A stretch of 64,000 nucleotides of DNA, taken from Parcubacteria group bacterium Gr01-1014_8. Its GTDB lineage: Bacteria; Patescibacteriota; Minisyncoccia; Phycocordibacterales; UBA2100. Positions 45,851 to 55,131 of this stretch are shown here, piece by piece. The stretch spans positions 71,207 through 135,206 of the forward strand of contig VMGC01000004.1 in NCBI GenBank assembly GCA_007376385.1. Reading direction: 5' to 3'. The translations under genes were made by a program, and so were the position numbers. The first letter of the stretch is position 1. Each line of letters starts with the position of its first letter. The notes under the pieces were generated by a model. The model was not told the origin of the DNA. It searched no databases and worked only from the letters and a program-made list of their open reading frames with translations.

Positions 45851-47073
45851 GGTGCGTGTTGTATCTGCTCAATGAGAATATGCAAGCCCTCATCTAACTG
45901 CTCTTCTGAGATAGTGAGCGGCGGCATGAGCTGCATATTGTCTCCGCTTCCTACAACAACGTGCAGGCCTCCCGAGAGCGCTGATCGCTGGACGCGCACG
46001 CACGTTTCTGCATCCTTGAATTGAACTCCTATTTCCATTCCTTTCCCCCGAACAGCAACGACGACACCGCCGAGATCCTTTTTGATCGTTTTCATGATAT
46101 ATGCTCCTTTTTTCTCTGCCATGTCCCACGTCTTATCACGTTGATGAACCTGCAGAGTTTTTAATGCTGCCGCACACGCAAGCGGCGTCCACCCAAACGT
46201 TGAAATGAGCATCGCGTCCGGAAACGCTTTTTCAAAAATATCTCTCCTGCCCACCGATGTCCCTATAGCTACCGAGCCATTTGAGATCCCTTTTGCGAGC
46301 ACTATCATATCTGGGATGACGCTTTCGTGCTCTATTGCAAACAATTTTCCCGTCCGCGAGAATCCCGTTCCCACTTCGTCGATGATGAGCAACGTGCCGT
46401 ATGCAGCCGTCAGCTGTCGAACGCTTTTGAGAAAACCTGGGTACGCAATAGCGGTAGACCCCCAACCCGTAACAATTCCCGGCTCAGTTACTATTGCAGC
46501 GATATCTTCACCAGCGAGCAATTCTTCCAAGTCTGAAAGAAATTTCTCGAAAACTTCATTCCCGAGGTTTTCTTCGGGAAATTGTATCGGCGTTATTTCA
46601 GGCACAAGAGGTGCAAGTCTCTCTCTTGCCGCTCCAGAAGCGCCGAGCGCAAGTGAAGCGAATAGCTGTCCATGATAGTGCTCATTGAAACCGAGGATTT
46701 TCTTTCGTCCTGTGTAGGCGCGCGCCACTTTTATTGACATTTCTATCGCTTCAGTGCCGCCTGTCGCTTTCATGCATGCGTTAAGCTCTTTGGGCAGTGA
46801 CGCGGTGAGCGCTTTAGCATATTCTTCCTGAATGACATCACTGCCCCACAAGAGCCCTTGCACGTTCTTTTCAACCTGCTCGATGATCGCCTCAGATATT
46901 TCTGGATGATTCCAACCAAGATTTGTAACGTTCCAGCCAGAAGTAAAATCGATGAATCGTTTTCCTTCTCGATCCCAAATCTCCCCGCCACGCGCTTTCC
47001 CGAATGAGAAAAACTTTATTGGACCGCCCGTACCGTCCTTTGAGGCGCGGTAGACGATACTATTTTCTATCAT
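45847..47073 (-). CDS. class-III PLP-dependent aminotransferase (ArgD/GabT-like)
   Basis: LIIDEVGTGFSRTGKLFAIEH...VLAKGISNG (Lys for PLP Schiff base). Confidence 0.85.
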   Translation of the reverse strand: MIENSIVYRASKDGTGGPIKFFSFGKARGGEIWDREGKRFIDFTSGWNVTNLGWNHPEISEAIIEQVEKNVQGLLWGSDVIQEEYAKALTASLPKELNACMKATGGTEAIEMSIKVARAYTGRKKILGFNEHYHGQLFASLALGASGAARERLAPLVPEITPIQFPEENLGNEVFEKFLSDLEELLAGEDIAAIVTEPGIVTGWGSTAIAYPGFLKSVRQLTAAYGTLLIIDEVGTGFSRTGKLFAIEHESVIPDMIVLAKGISNGSVAIGTSVGRRDIFEKAFPDAMLISTFGWTPLACAAALKTLQVHQRDKTWDMAEKKGAYIMKTIKKDLGGVVVAVRGKGMEIGVQFKDAETCVRVQRSALSGGLHVVVGSGDNMQLMPPLTISEEQLDEGLHILIEQIQHAP

Positions 47074-47079
47074 AGGTAA

Positions 47080-47334
47080 CTAGATACGGGCTCCTTCACC
47101 CCTCAATAGAGCACGCTTACGTCTCTCTCCGCCGCGGTTATAATTGCCTAAGCTACCGTCAGAACGAACTACTCTGTGACACGGAATAGTCGGGTCATAG
47201 TTCGTCCGCATAATCGCGCCGACTCCTCGCGCCGCTTTGGAATTTCCCGCCTTTGTAGCAACCTGTTTATAGGTCATAGAACCCCCCTTTGGGATCGTGC
47301 GTACGATATCGAGGACTTTCTCACGAAACGTCAT
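47080..47334 (-). CDS. methylated-DNA-protein-cysteine methyltransferase, DNA-binding/catalytic domain only (start at MTFREKVL)
   Basis: IPCHRVV active-site motif (PCHR), preceding helix-turn-helix YKQVATKAGNSKAARGVGA. Confidence 0.8.
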   Translation of the reverse strand: MTFREKVLDIVRTIPKGGSMTYKQVATKAGNSKAARGVGAIMRTNYDPTIPCHRVVRSDGSLGNYNRGGERRKRALLRGEGARI

Positions 47335-47341
47335 GCACGCA

Positions 47342-47447
47342 TTATACCCCATGAGATAGATCTCAAGATATGCATTCTGAATCAAATCATTCGCAGACGG
47401 ATTTCTAAAACATCAAGTCAGAGAATGTATCTCACGGGGTTATATAC
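47342..47447. repeat. MITE/REP-like inverted-repeat unit (TTATACCCCATGAGATAGA ... GTATCTCACGGGGTTATATAC) between MGMT start and nuclease stop
   Basis: Arms read directly; right arm overlaps the stop codon of 47440..48237. Confidence 0.7.
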
Positions 47448-48237
47448 CCAGAGTACCCTGAACTTTCTTCGAGTTTTTGGGCGCAAATGCGAGCATTTTT
47501 TTGCCGACTGCTTCTCGATATCGGCAATAGTCGCACTCTTCTGATGCAGATGGCAACTCATCACGTTCCAGACACAATTTTATTTCTTTGAGCGTTCCTT
47601 CGACCCACGAATCGTCACCTTTATAAGGGACGAGAGTTACCTCGAACTCCAGCAGAGCATCAAATGCCTTTTTGTCCCTATCCGCGTTCGCATACACGAA
47701 GTACCCAGTGTCAGAGACCTTGAATCCGTTCTGCCTAAAGAGCCACTGGTATATTTCCATTTGCCGTTTGTATCCATCGTGCCACTCTTGGTCCAATTCT
47801 TTTATCGTTTCGTCTTTACTCGTCGCCTTGTAATCAACGATGATAAGTTCGCCCTTTGGATCTATCCATATGTCATCCACGCCGCCGCACACCATGAATC
47901 CTGTGCTGTGGCGATGGCAGATACCCCGCTTCAATGAGTCACGCCATTCATCTATGCGCGAGTCATCGAACGGAACCGCATCAACACCGTATTCTTTCAA
48001 GAGCGGATGCGTTGTCTTTTCTGTCCGATGAATATCGAATTCCTTTTTTAACAGCGCATCAACTGCACTATTCAGATTGAACGGAAAGCCCGGCGGACGA
48101 GCTGTCCCAAGCTTGTTATCAATATAAAAACACCTGGGGCACTCAAGAAAAAGCCCTATTTTCGAGCGAGAAAGACGGAACCTATCTCCGCCATAGTTCC
48201 AATTTGGATTTCTGTCTGGCTTGTAGTAGCCGCTCAT
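47440..48237 (-). CDS. RecB-family PD-(D/E)XK nuclease, Cas4-like (stand-alone)
   Basis: GGVDDIWIDPKGELIIVDYKATSK (RecB nuclease motifs II/III), N-terminal CPRC and C-terminal CDYC (possible Fe-S cysteines as in Cas4/AddB). Confidence 0.75.
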   Translation of the reverse strand: MSGYYKPDRNPNWNYGGDRFRLSRSKIGLFLECPRCFYIDNKLGTARPPGFPFNLNSAVDALLKKEFDIHRTEKTTHPLLKEYGVDAVPFDDSRIDEWRDSLKRGICHRHSTGFMVCGGVDDIWIDPKGELIIVDYKATSKDETIKELDQEWHDGYKRQMEIYQWLFRQNGFKVSDTGYFVYANADRDKKAFDALLEFEVTLVPYKGDDSWVEGTLKEIKLCLERDELPSASEECDYCRYREAVGKKMLAFAPKNSKKVQGTLGI

Positions 48238-48244
48238 GGGACGA

Positions 48245-48314
48245 GTATACCCCGTGAGATCAAGAAATCTAAATATTTCGAACGACGTATGGGAACTTAT
48301 CTCACGGAATATAC
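48245..48314. repeat. MITE/REP-like inverted-repeat unit (GTATACCCCGTGAGAT ... TTATCTCACGGAATATAC) directly upstream of the nuclease start codon
   Basis: Arms read directly; same family core; begins 8 nt upstream of the nuclease ATG. Confidence 0.7.
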
Positions 48315-48451
48315 CACCGCCTCTGTCTGGAACATCGCCTCTGATATTCAGGTTGGAGAATATCGGAGGCGATGCATTTTTTTGCGTCGACGGAGCCGAC
48401 TAACTTCCAGCAAGCCGACCCAGGTGCCCTCGTGTTAGCGAAGGATCGGCT

Positions 48452-48934
48452 TTACAAACTTCGCGAATCGCCTCGTTCTTTAACCTCGATGAACCAATGC
48501 TTGAATGTATTTTCCACGTACCACATGCCAAAAAAGATGGCGAGTGTCAGCAACGTCGAGAAAATAGCGATCTGATACATACCAAACGCGACTACGGCTC
48601 CTACAGCAGCCGCAACCCACAATCCCGCGGCAGTTGTTACGCCATGTAGCGAGTCGCCTTTGAAAATAATAAGCCCTGCACCAAGAAAACCTATGCCCTG
48701 CACCACGGAAGCTAAGACACGGGCCGGATCGAAATTAACCAATCCTATGAATTGCGAGTCAACTGACATACCAGTCAGCACGAAGAGGCACGAGCCGAGC
48801 GAGACTAATCCGAACGTGCGGCTGCCTGCCGCTTGATTTGCCATCAATGCCCGTTCAGTACCGACGATGACACCCAAGAAAGCTGCAAGCAACAACTTGA
48901 GCATCAGCGTGCTCGTCGGATCTACGAAATCCAT
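48452..48934 (-). CDS. MgtC/SapB-family membrane protein
   Basis: LLAAFLGVIVGTERALMANQAAGSRTFGLVSLGSCLF typical MgtC N-terminal region, 4-5 TM. Confidence 0.8.
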   Translation of the reverse strand: MDFVDPTSTLMLKLLLAAFLGVIVGTERALMANQAAGSRTFGLVSLGSCLFVLTGMSVDSQFIGLVNFDPARVLASVVQGIGFLGAGLIIFKGDSLHGVTTAAGLWVAAAVGAVVAFGMYQIAIFSTLLTLAIFFGMWYVENTFKHWFIEVKERGDSRSL

Positions 48935-48938
48935 AGGC

Positions 48939-49817
48939 TCATTTTAGAGTACTGTTACCGTGCGTCAAAACGGAAGTGGGTACATCCGACATGTCGGCCG
49001 TGCAGAGATTTCGCGCTTCATCAAGTACGGCAGGAATATGACTCGGCCTGATGCCAAATTCCTCCAATAAATGTCCGTTCTTTACGTCTTTGCAGAGCAC
49101 GATCTTGTTATCCATGAGCCGGCGCTTTTCACCTTCGGATAATGTCGTAAGGCACGTAAGCGGATGAACTTTTGCTTCCTCTATCATCGAAAGAAGCCCC
49201 TTCTCGTGCGGATAGTCCCACCCGATGAGCTTCAGATCCGAACATTGGGCGTATCGAATGGCATTGCGCGTAAATCGAGTATTCGTCACCAGCCAACCTT
49301 CGTCCACGCGCGAATGCGCTTCTGGAGACTTTGCGAGGTCCTCATATCGTGCATGCACGTAGAGCGCGTCTTTGATGTCAGTTCGCCCGCCCGGATCGTT
49401 ATGGAACTTCGCCTCGACCCCTATGCGCTTCCCGTCTTTTTCAGCAAGAACGTCCACCTCGTGAGGCGCGCATCGTCCGTTCAGAGCAACTCCAGTCCAC
49501 GTTCTCCAGCCATGAGCTTTCAGAACTTCCGCAAAGAATTGCTCGAAAGGAAACCCCGACGGTCCTAAAGCAAACAGTGCGCGTTTTATGGAATACCGTG
49601 CCGCAACAGCTGGAACATTTTGATGACGGAGCATGTCGAATGCATGCCGATATATCTCCTCTGTTGATGAACCGTCGCGTACTTCGCGAACGACGTGCTC
49701 GATGATGCGCTCCCTCGCATCCTTAGCGGCTCCAGCTCGTTGAAGGGATGAATCCAGCTTCGAACGCTCGAACAATTCACGCTCTCCATCCGCTTTTGTA
49801 ATAAATAACTTGGTCAT
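48939..49817 (-). CDS. ATP-cone domain fused to Mrr-like PD-(D/E)XK restriction-endonuclease domain (start at MTKLFITK)
   Basis: N-terminal ATP-cone (KLFITKADGERELFERSKLDSSLQRAG...); C-terminal HEVDVLAEKDGKRIGVEAKFHND (D...EAK nuclease motif). Confidence 0.7.
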   Translation of the reverse strand: MTKLFITKADGERELFERSKLDSSLQRAGAAKDARERIIEHVVREVRDGSSTEEIYRHAFDMLRHQNVPAVAARYSIKRALFALGPSGFPFEQFFAEVLKAHGWRTWTGVALNGRCAPHEVDVLAEKDGKRIGVEAKFHNDPGGRTDIKDALYVHARYEDLAKSPEAHSRVDEGWLVTNTRFTRNAIRYAQCSDLKLIGWDYPHEKGLLSMIEEAKVHPLTCLTTLSEGEKRRLMDNKIVLCKDVKNGHLLEEFGIRPSHIPAVLDEARNLCTADMSDVPTSVLTHGNSTLK

Positions 49818-49818
49818 G

Positions 49819-50220
49819 CTATTTCGTAAATTCCTCCAAGACTTGGATGTTAAGAGGCTTCCCGTCCAAGGTTGCGATAAAAGAAACACCAACGGAAGGC
49901 GCAAATACCACGGTCTCAAATTGCCGAACTGCCGACTCTTTTGAGCAATCGCGGTTTGGTTCTACCCACGTCTTGAAATCCACGAGATAGACAAATCTCG
50001 ATGGCTCTTGGATCGTGACGTGCAGCGTATGGCACTGAGATGGAACCATAAGCGCTCCTTTCAGATGATGTTGGCCTTGGCTTACATTTGAAAAGATCAT
50101 GAGCGGCTGTTCTACTTTTGTATACGTACTTAAGATGCTCCCAACGAACACAAATGTCGCGAACGCCACAAAGACGGATATTGTCGATATCCACAGGAGG
50201 CGCCACATCACCTCTGTCAT
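49819..50220 (-). CDS. hypothetical protein with N-terminal TM anchor
   Basis: ORF only. Confidence 0.35.
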   Translation of the reverse strand: MTEVMWRLLWISTISVFVAFATFVFVGSILSTYTKVEQPLMIFSNVSQGQHHLKGALMVPSQCHTLHVTIQEPSRFVYLVDFKTWVEPNRDCSKESAVRQFETVVFAPSVGVSFIATLDGKPLNIQVLEEFTK

Positions 50221-50303
50221 GTTCTGACATTATAGCCCGCCTGAAGATCGCCAGCACTCCGCGACTGCTATACAGTGGATTGCCGAGGGGCGTATCAGAT
50301 GCG

Positions 50304-51344
50304 TTACATCGCTATCCCGCCGCCAAGAACGCAAGACGAATCATAGAAGACGACAGATTGCCCGGGAGCGATAAGCTGCGGAGTATCGAATTGAATTGAA
50401 GTGCTGTTCGTTTTCATTACTGTCGCGCTCACAGGTTCCTCTCTATATCTGACCTGCGCCTCAACAGAAATCTCATTAGCAGGAGATGTTCGATGCCACT
50501 GCGTATCTGACAGTTGCACCTTGGTTCGCATTGCCTTTTTCCTGTCCGACGACACAACCAGAGTATTCGAGATAACATCAACCCGAATGCAATAGTACGT
50601 CGCGCCGCCCGAACTGTGTATTGAGAACCCGTGTCTTTGACCAACAGTGTACAGTGCGGCTCCCCTATGCCTGCCAATGACCTTTTCGCTTTCATCAAGA
50701 ACGTCTCCCGGCTTCATAGGAATATAATTGCTTAAGAATTCTGGCATCGATATATCGCCCACAAAGCAAAGGCCCTGGCTATCGGGCTTTTGCGCGACAG
50801 GGAGCGAAAAACGCGCAGCGAGCGAGCGAACCTCGGATTTTAAAAGAGCACCAACGGGAAAAAAGATCTTTCCGAGATCATTGCTCGACAACTGCCATAA
50901 AAAATACGACTGGTCTTTCTCTTTGTCTCTACCGCGATGTAATTCGAACTCATGTCCTTTCTGTTTGACTTGCGCATAATGGCCAGTCGCTATCATCTGC
51001 GCGCCCTCCTCCCAAGCCCACCCCGCAAAAGCGCCGAATTTGATCACTCTATTGCAGAGTACGTCAGGATTCGGCGTCACCCCCCGCGTGTATCCCTCTA
51101 TCATGTCGCCAATTACTTCTCGCTTGTATTCATCGGAAAGGTCAACTTCTTTGAACGGAATACCGAGCGTGGCACAGATGCGCATTGCGTCGAGTCTATC
51201 TCTCGCCCACGTACATTCTGTAAATTCAGGCTGCCAAATTTTTATGAACGCGCCGACAACAGTGAAACCCTGCTCTTTGAGTAGAGCTGCCGATACGGCG
51301 CTATCAACGCCGCCGGAGAGACCGACAAATACTACCTTTCCCAT
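50304..51344 (-). CDS. mnmA: tRNA-specific 2-thiouridylase
   Basis: VFVGLSGGVDSAVSA (PP-loop SGGxDS), catalytic Cys region, MnmA collinearity. Confidence 0.92.
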   Translation of the reverse strand: MGKVVFVGLSGGVDSAVSAALLKEQGFTVVGAFIKIWQPEFTECTWARDRLDAMRICATLGIPFKEVDLSDEYKREVIGDMIEGYTRGVTPNPDVLCNRVIKFGAFAGWAWEEGAQMIATGHYAQVKQKGHEFELHRGRDKEKDQSYFLWQLSSNDLGKIFFPVGALLKSEVRSLAARFSLPVAQKPDSQGLCFVGDISMPEFLSNYIPMKPGDVLDESEKVIGRHRGAALYTVGQRHGFSIHSSGGATYYCIRVDVISNTLVVSSDRKKAMRTKVQLSDTQWHRTSPANEISVEAQVRYREEPVSATVMKTNSTSIQFDTPQLIAPGQSVVFYDSSCVLGGGIAM

Positions 51345-51365
51345 TTACGGCACAATATACCTATC

Positions 51366-52400
51366 TTATGTGCCAAGGTACAATGCCTTTTTTCTCAGGT
51401 GCTCTTCGTAGGTCGTGCTGTAATACGTAACGCCATTGCGATCCGCGAGGTAATAGAGATATTTATGCTGCACAGGGGTCACCGCGGCTTTCAACGATGA
51501 CAAACTAGGAGAACCAATAGCACCCGGCGGAAGTCCTTTGTTGCGATAGGTGTTATACGGCGAATCACTTTTCAGATCCTCCATGGTCAGCTGAAATGTA
51601 CTTCTTCCTATCGTGTATAGAAATGCAGCGTCTACTTGAAGCAGCATGTTCTTGTGTATCCTGTTCCAGAGCACTCCCGCTATCATTTGGCGGTCGCGAA
51701 ACGTGTGTGCCTCCCTCTCTAAGAGCGATGCCATGATGACAACATCCTTAAGCGGCTTTCCGAATGATGCGACTTCCCCGGCTATCTGTTCCATGTGTTC
51801 TTCAAAGTTCTGGCCCATCGCTTGTATCACAATATCTTCGGTCGCGTTCGGCAAAAAGAAATATGTATCAGGGAACAGGAATCCTTCGATTGGCTGGGCC
51901 TTTTCGTAAAATGTCTTTTCGTTGACACGTTTTAGACGATTTGAGAATATCTTTGCCATCTCCCTCGTCGTTGCGCCCTCTGGGATGCGAACTCTTGTCG
52001 GCTCCAGTCCATATGCGCCTGTCGAGATCGCTCGCGCGACAGCAAAAAGACTTTTAGGTTCTTTGAAAAGATAGTCACCGGCTTTTACCGCCGTATCGCG
52101 TCCAAGCATAGTCACAACGATGCGAAGCGCCGCAGAGTTCTGCACAACGTGAGCATCTTTAAGAAGCGTGGCAACTTCATCAAGGGCGGCTCCCTGCGGG
52201 ACTGTGACAAGCTCATCGATAGGAAATTCTTGCGGAGGCGCGAACCACCTTGAGTATGCATACAGAACAACAAAACCGACAACGATGATGATAAGTATGG
52301 TCCTTTGATTGGCGCCCCGCCGCCACTGTTCGCTGAGCCTGGCCTGCACGACGCCAAACCGAGCATAAAATTTCTCTAAATAACGTGAGATCTGAGGCAT
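51366..52400 (-). CDS. mltG: endolytic murein transglycosylase MltG (YceG family); start at internal Met giving an N-terminal TM helix
   Basis: YceG-like domain (RVRIPEGATTREMAKIF...), single N-terminal TM. Confidence 0.85.
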   Translation of the reverse strand: MPQISRYLEKFYARFGVVQARLSEQWRRGANQRTILIIIVVGFVVLYAYSRWFAPPQEFPIDELVTVPQGAALDEVATLLKDAHVVQNSAALRIVVTMLGRDTAVKAGDYLFKEPKSLFAVARAISTGAYGLEPTRVRIPEGATTREMAKIFSNRLKRVNEKTFYEKAQPIEGFLFPDTYFFLPNATEDIVIQAMGQNFEEHMEQIAGEVASFGKPLKDVVIMASLLEREAHTFRDRQMIAGVLWNRIHKNMLLQVDAAFLYTIGRSTFQLTMEDLKSDSPYNTYRNKGLPPGAIGSPSLSSLKAAVTPVQHKYLYYLADRNGVTYYSTTYEEHLRKKALYLGT

Positions 52401-52414
52401 GAAGTTGCAGAAAT

Positions 52415-53884
52415 CTATTTCGGCAGATTCGAAGGCGGAGGGGCTTTGGTGAACGGTATTCTCTGGAGCCCTGGCGATTTGATGGCAGTCGTCGGCGGGT
52501 GGAAGAGCGACGCGATGCACTCAGCGCACATGATCATGCCGGGACTTATCCATGGAGCGTGAAAATAACTGCGTCTTCGGTACGCGTCAAGAAATCTTCT
52601 AATTGTCAGTATCCACCGAACTCCGTGAAAATCTTGCCACGGATAGTCGAAGTCTCCGTGCCATCGTTTCGGGCGCAGCCGATTCAAATACCACGAGTTG
52701 TACCCCTGCCAGAGCCATCGCATCGAGTTACGGTTCGGCGGGCTGTAGTCTTCGTACTTCGCAATGTAGGCAATTCGTATCCCAACCTCGAATAAACGCT
52801 TGCCCGCATGGCGCTCAATAGCTTGTATCTGCTCAGTCTGCTTCCACGTTCCCCTGGCACGAGCAGTTCGCTGTTCCTCTTCAGTCAGGTGCTTTCTGAA
52901 TGTTGCAGATTCGAATCGCAGTTCCTCAACAACAGCCTGCGCTGCAGCTTGAAAAGTTGTGCCGCCAATTTTGCCTATGTGTGCGCGAAATATGATCTGC
53001 GTCCACGCCTGTTCACTTTTCTTGAGATTGCTCATTCTCTCAACTATAAGAGCCAGTGGATCTGTTTTGTATTCTTCCTTTGGGTCCCTGTCCATTTCGA
53101 AGTCCAGGTAGGAGCGTATCGGATAAATACCCATGATGGGTGGCGCGCGGCCTGGAATATCATTGGCTACTCCCAAAGGATTGGGGTCCTTCTCTAAAAG
53201 CATTTGGTTAGCAAAGAGGTCTGTTACTTGAGGATCGAAGTGGAATTTCGTCGCATAATCCTCCACTTCTATCAACTCTATTTCCGGGTACTGCGCATAT
53301 ATGAATGTTTCGGTGCGGCTTCTGAATTTTTCCCAGCACCAAATGTAAAAGTGCACTTCTCCCTCGAAACCTGCTATCTCGAACGAATACCATGTTCGGA
53401 TACCGCCGTCCCAATAGCGGTCAATGAACGTTGTTTCTCCGTTTATATCCCAAAATCCAGCGAGGGCCGCCTCCATGGCTCTCGGCGATTTCACAACATT
53501 TGCCGGAAATTTCATCTCAAGCACAACAGTCTTTTGCTTACTTATGTTATATGCCCGGACATACCACACCCACGCTTTCCACATGCCGGTTATGAGCGCT
53601 GCAGGAAGCCCCAAAGGAGACAAAGCCAGCAGCCAGGAGGCGGAGATCTTTAGAAAGCTCGGCAGCATATACGAAGCAACCGAGGTGAGTATCACCAGAA
53701 ATACAAGGAGAAGACCTCCCCTTGAGACGCCAAATTCACCCATGAGATCTATGAATTCTTGAAAATATGTCGCATGGCCGCTATGGCCGCTGTGAGTGCC
53801 TCCTTTTCCTGTACTTAAGTCGGCAAGAACCTGAGCAACATCGCCGACGGGATCGAATCCGCCAGATTCTTTTTCTTCCGCCAT
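52415..53884 (-). CDS. large hypothetical membrane protein (N-terminal TM helices plus ~350-aa soluble domain)
   Basis: Long ORF; no recognisable motif. Confidence 0.5.
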   Translation of the reverse strand: MAEEKESGGFDPVGDVAQVLADLSTGKGGTHSGHSGHATYFQEFIDLMGEFGVSRGGLLLVFLVILTSVASYMLPSFLKISASWLLALSPLGLPAALITGMWKAWVWYVRAYNISKQKTVVLEMKFPANVVKSPRAMEAALAGFWDINGETTFIDRYWDGGIRTWYSFEIAGFEGEVHFYIWCWEKFRSRTETFIYAQYPEIELIEVEDYATKFHFDPQVTDLFANQMLLEKDPNPLGVANDIPGRAPPIMGIYPIRSYLDFEMDRDPKEEYKTDPLALIVERMSNLKKSEQAWTQIIFRAHIGKIGGTTFQAAAQAVVEELRFESATFRKHLTEEEQRTARARGTWKQTEQIQAIERHAGKRLFEVGIRIAYIAKYEDYSPPNRNSMRWLWQGYNSWYLNRLRPKRWHGDFDYPWQDFHGVRWILTIRRFLDAYRRRSYFHAPWISPGMIMCAECIASLFHPPTTAIKSPGLQRIPFTKAPPPSNLPK

Positions 53885-53944
53885 GGAGGCATTCTAACAG
53901 CTCCGCTGAATCGGTCTCTTACTTACTCACAGAAACGAACAAGA

Positions 53945-54964
53945 TTAATTCAGAGCGTATTTTCCGTCCGCCATGCGCGTGAACGAACCGTTCTGGAGAT
54001 TGACCATCACCGTCGCATCTTTTACATAGCGCTCGCGCTTTACGCGCTCCACTATCTCACTTCGCGTAAGCGGTCCTTCTCGTTCCAAAATATTGCGTAT
54101 CACCTCTCTGACGACCCCCGGCGCATAACCCCACTCCTTCAGAGCGTACAATCCGCGACCAACCAGTACGAACCGCTGGTCTTTGATGAGCTCATTGTGC
54201 GTAGTCGCCGGATGCGCATTGCGTCGGAACAGTTTTTCGATGCCGCTCGCTACTTCCGTAAAGTGCATCGGAGAGCCGTGGCGCTTCAGCGTCAAGTAGG
54301 CAAAGTCGCGTGTGTTTCGAATGCGGACGTGCGGCGATTCGGTGCGTCCCCATTCTCCGAGCGGATTTTTACTGATGCGCTTCGAAATCATGAGCCACCT
54401 CTCCATGTGGTCATTTGGTCTCGACTTTATGCCTTCTTCTTTTAGAAATTTCTCAAAAAGCGCCAAAAACTCATCTTGCGGGATAAGATTCTCAAGTTCG
54501 ACTGCCTCGTACAGTCTGATAAGTGCTCGTTCAATGGAATCGGAGAGACTTTCGTCCACATGCCACCTGGCGTGAAAATTGTTGTTCTCTCGCTCGTAAT
54601 TGAAATGATGCCCGACGGTGAGCAAAAATATGATGTGGTTCTTATCCGTCTCACTTTTTGGCACTTCCTTCAAGAGAACGTGTTCGGCAAGCACCCCGCC
54701 AAGTTCGTGGATTGCCCGCTTAAGGTCGTCAATTGCCTTAGTATGCGACGTATACGCCTCGGATCCCCGAATGCTTCCGAGTCCATGGCTCTCTATCTGG
54801 CGGATGCGCTCTCTGGTGATGCCGTATTCCTTGCCGATAGCATCCAACGTGCGCCTCTCTCCAGTATTCCCGAGCCCAAAACGGTGCGTCAGCACCTTAC
54901 GGGAACGGTCGGGAAGATTGGCCAAGAGATCCTTTGTTACTGCTTTTGGGGCGAAGGACAACAT
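53945..54964 (-). CDS. hypothetical protein with N-terminal sigma-70 region-4-like HTH
   Basis: RKVLTHRFGLGNTGERRTLDAIGKEYGITRERIRQIESHGL closely follows the sigma-70 region 4 pattern; remaining ~270 aa unknown. Confidence 0.5.
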   Translation of the reverse strand: MLSFAPKAVTKDLLANLPDRSRKVLTHRFGLGNTGERRTLDAIGKEYGITRERIRQIESHGLGSIRGSEAYTSHTKAIDDLKRAIHELGGVLAEHVLLKEVPKSETDKNHIIFLLTVGHHFNYERENNNFHARWHVDESLSDSIERALIRLYEAVELENLIPQDEFLALFEKFLKEEGIKSRPNDHMERWLMISKRISKNPLGEWGRTESPHVRIRNTRDFAYLTLKRHGSPMHFTEVASGIEKLFRRNAHPATTHNELIKDQRFVLVGRGLYALKEWGYAPGVVREVIRNILEREGPLTRSEIVERVKRERYVKDATVMVNLQNGSFTRMADGKYALN

Positions 54965-55107
54965 GTTTTTGGTTTTTGAACCATTTGACGGAACAAACTG
55001 GTTATGGCGTATGTTTTATCAGAATCTGAGAGGTGTGTCAATTTATTACTTGCGCAGAATACCCCGTAGCTCTGCTGCGGGGATAAATGCGCAAGAGCGG
55101 AGGGGGT

Positions 55108-55131
55108 CGGGGAACCGCGTTCGGTTCCCCG
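55108..55131 (+). promoter_or_regulatory. perfect 10-bp GC-rich hairpin CGGGGAACCG-cgtt-CGGTTCCCCG immediately 5' of the dnaB Shine-Dalgarno (GGAGGAG)
   Basis: Read directly; a second smaller hairpin CCCCG..CGGGG at 55062-55082. Confidence 0.6.
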
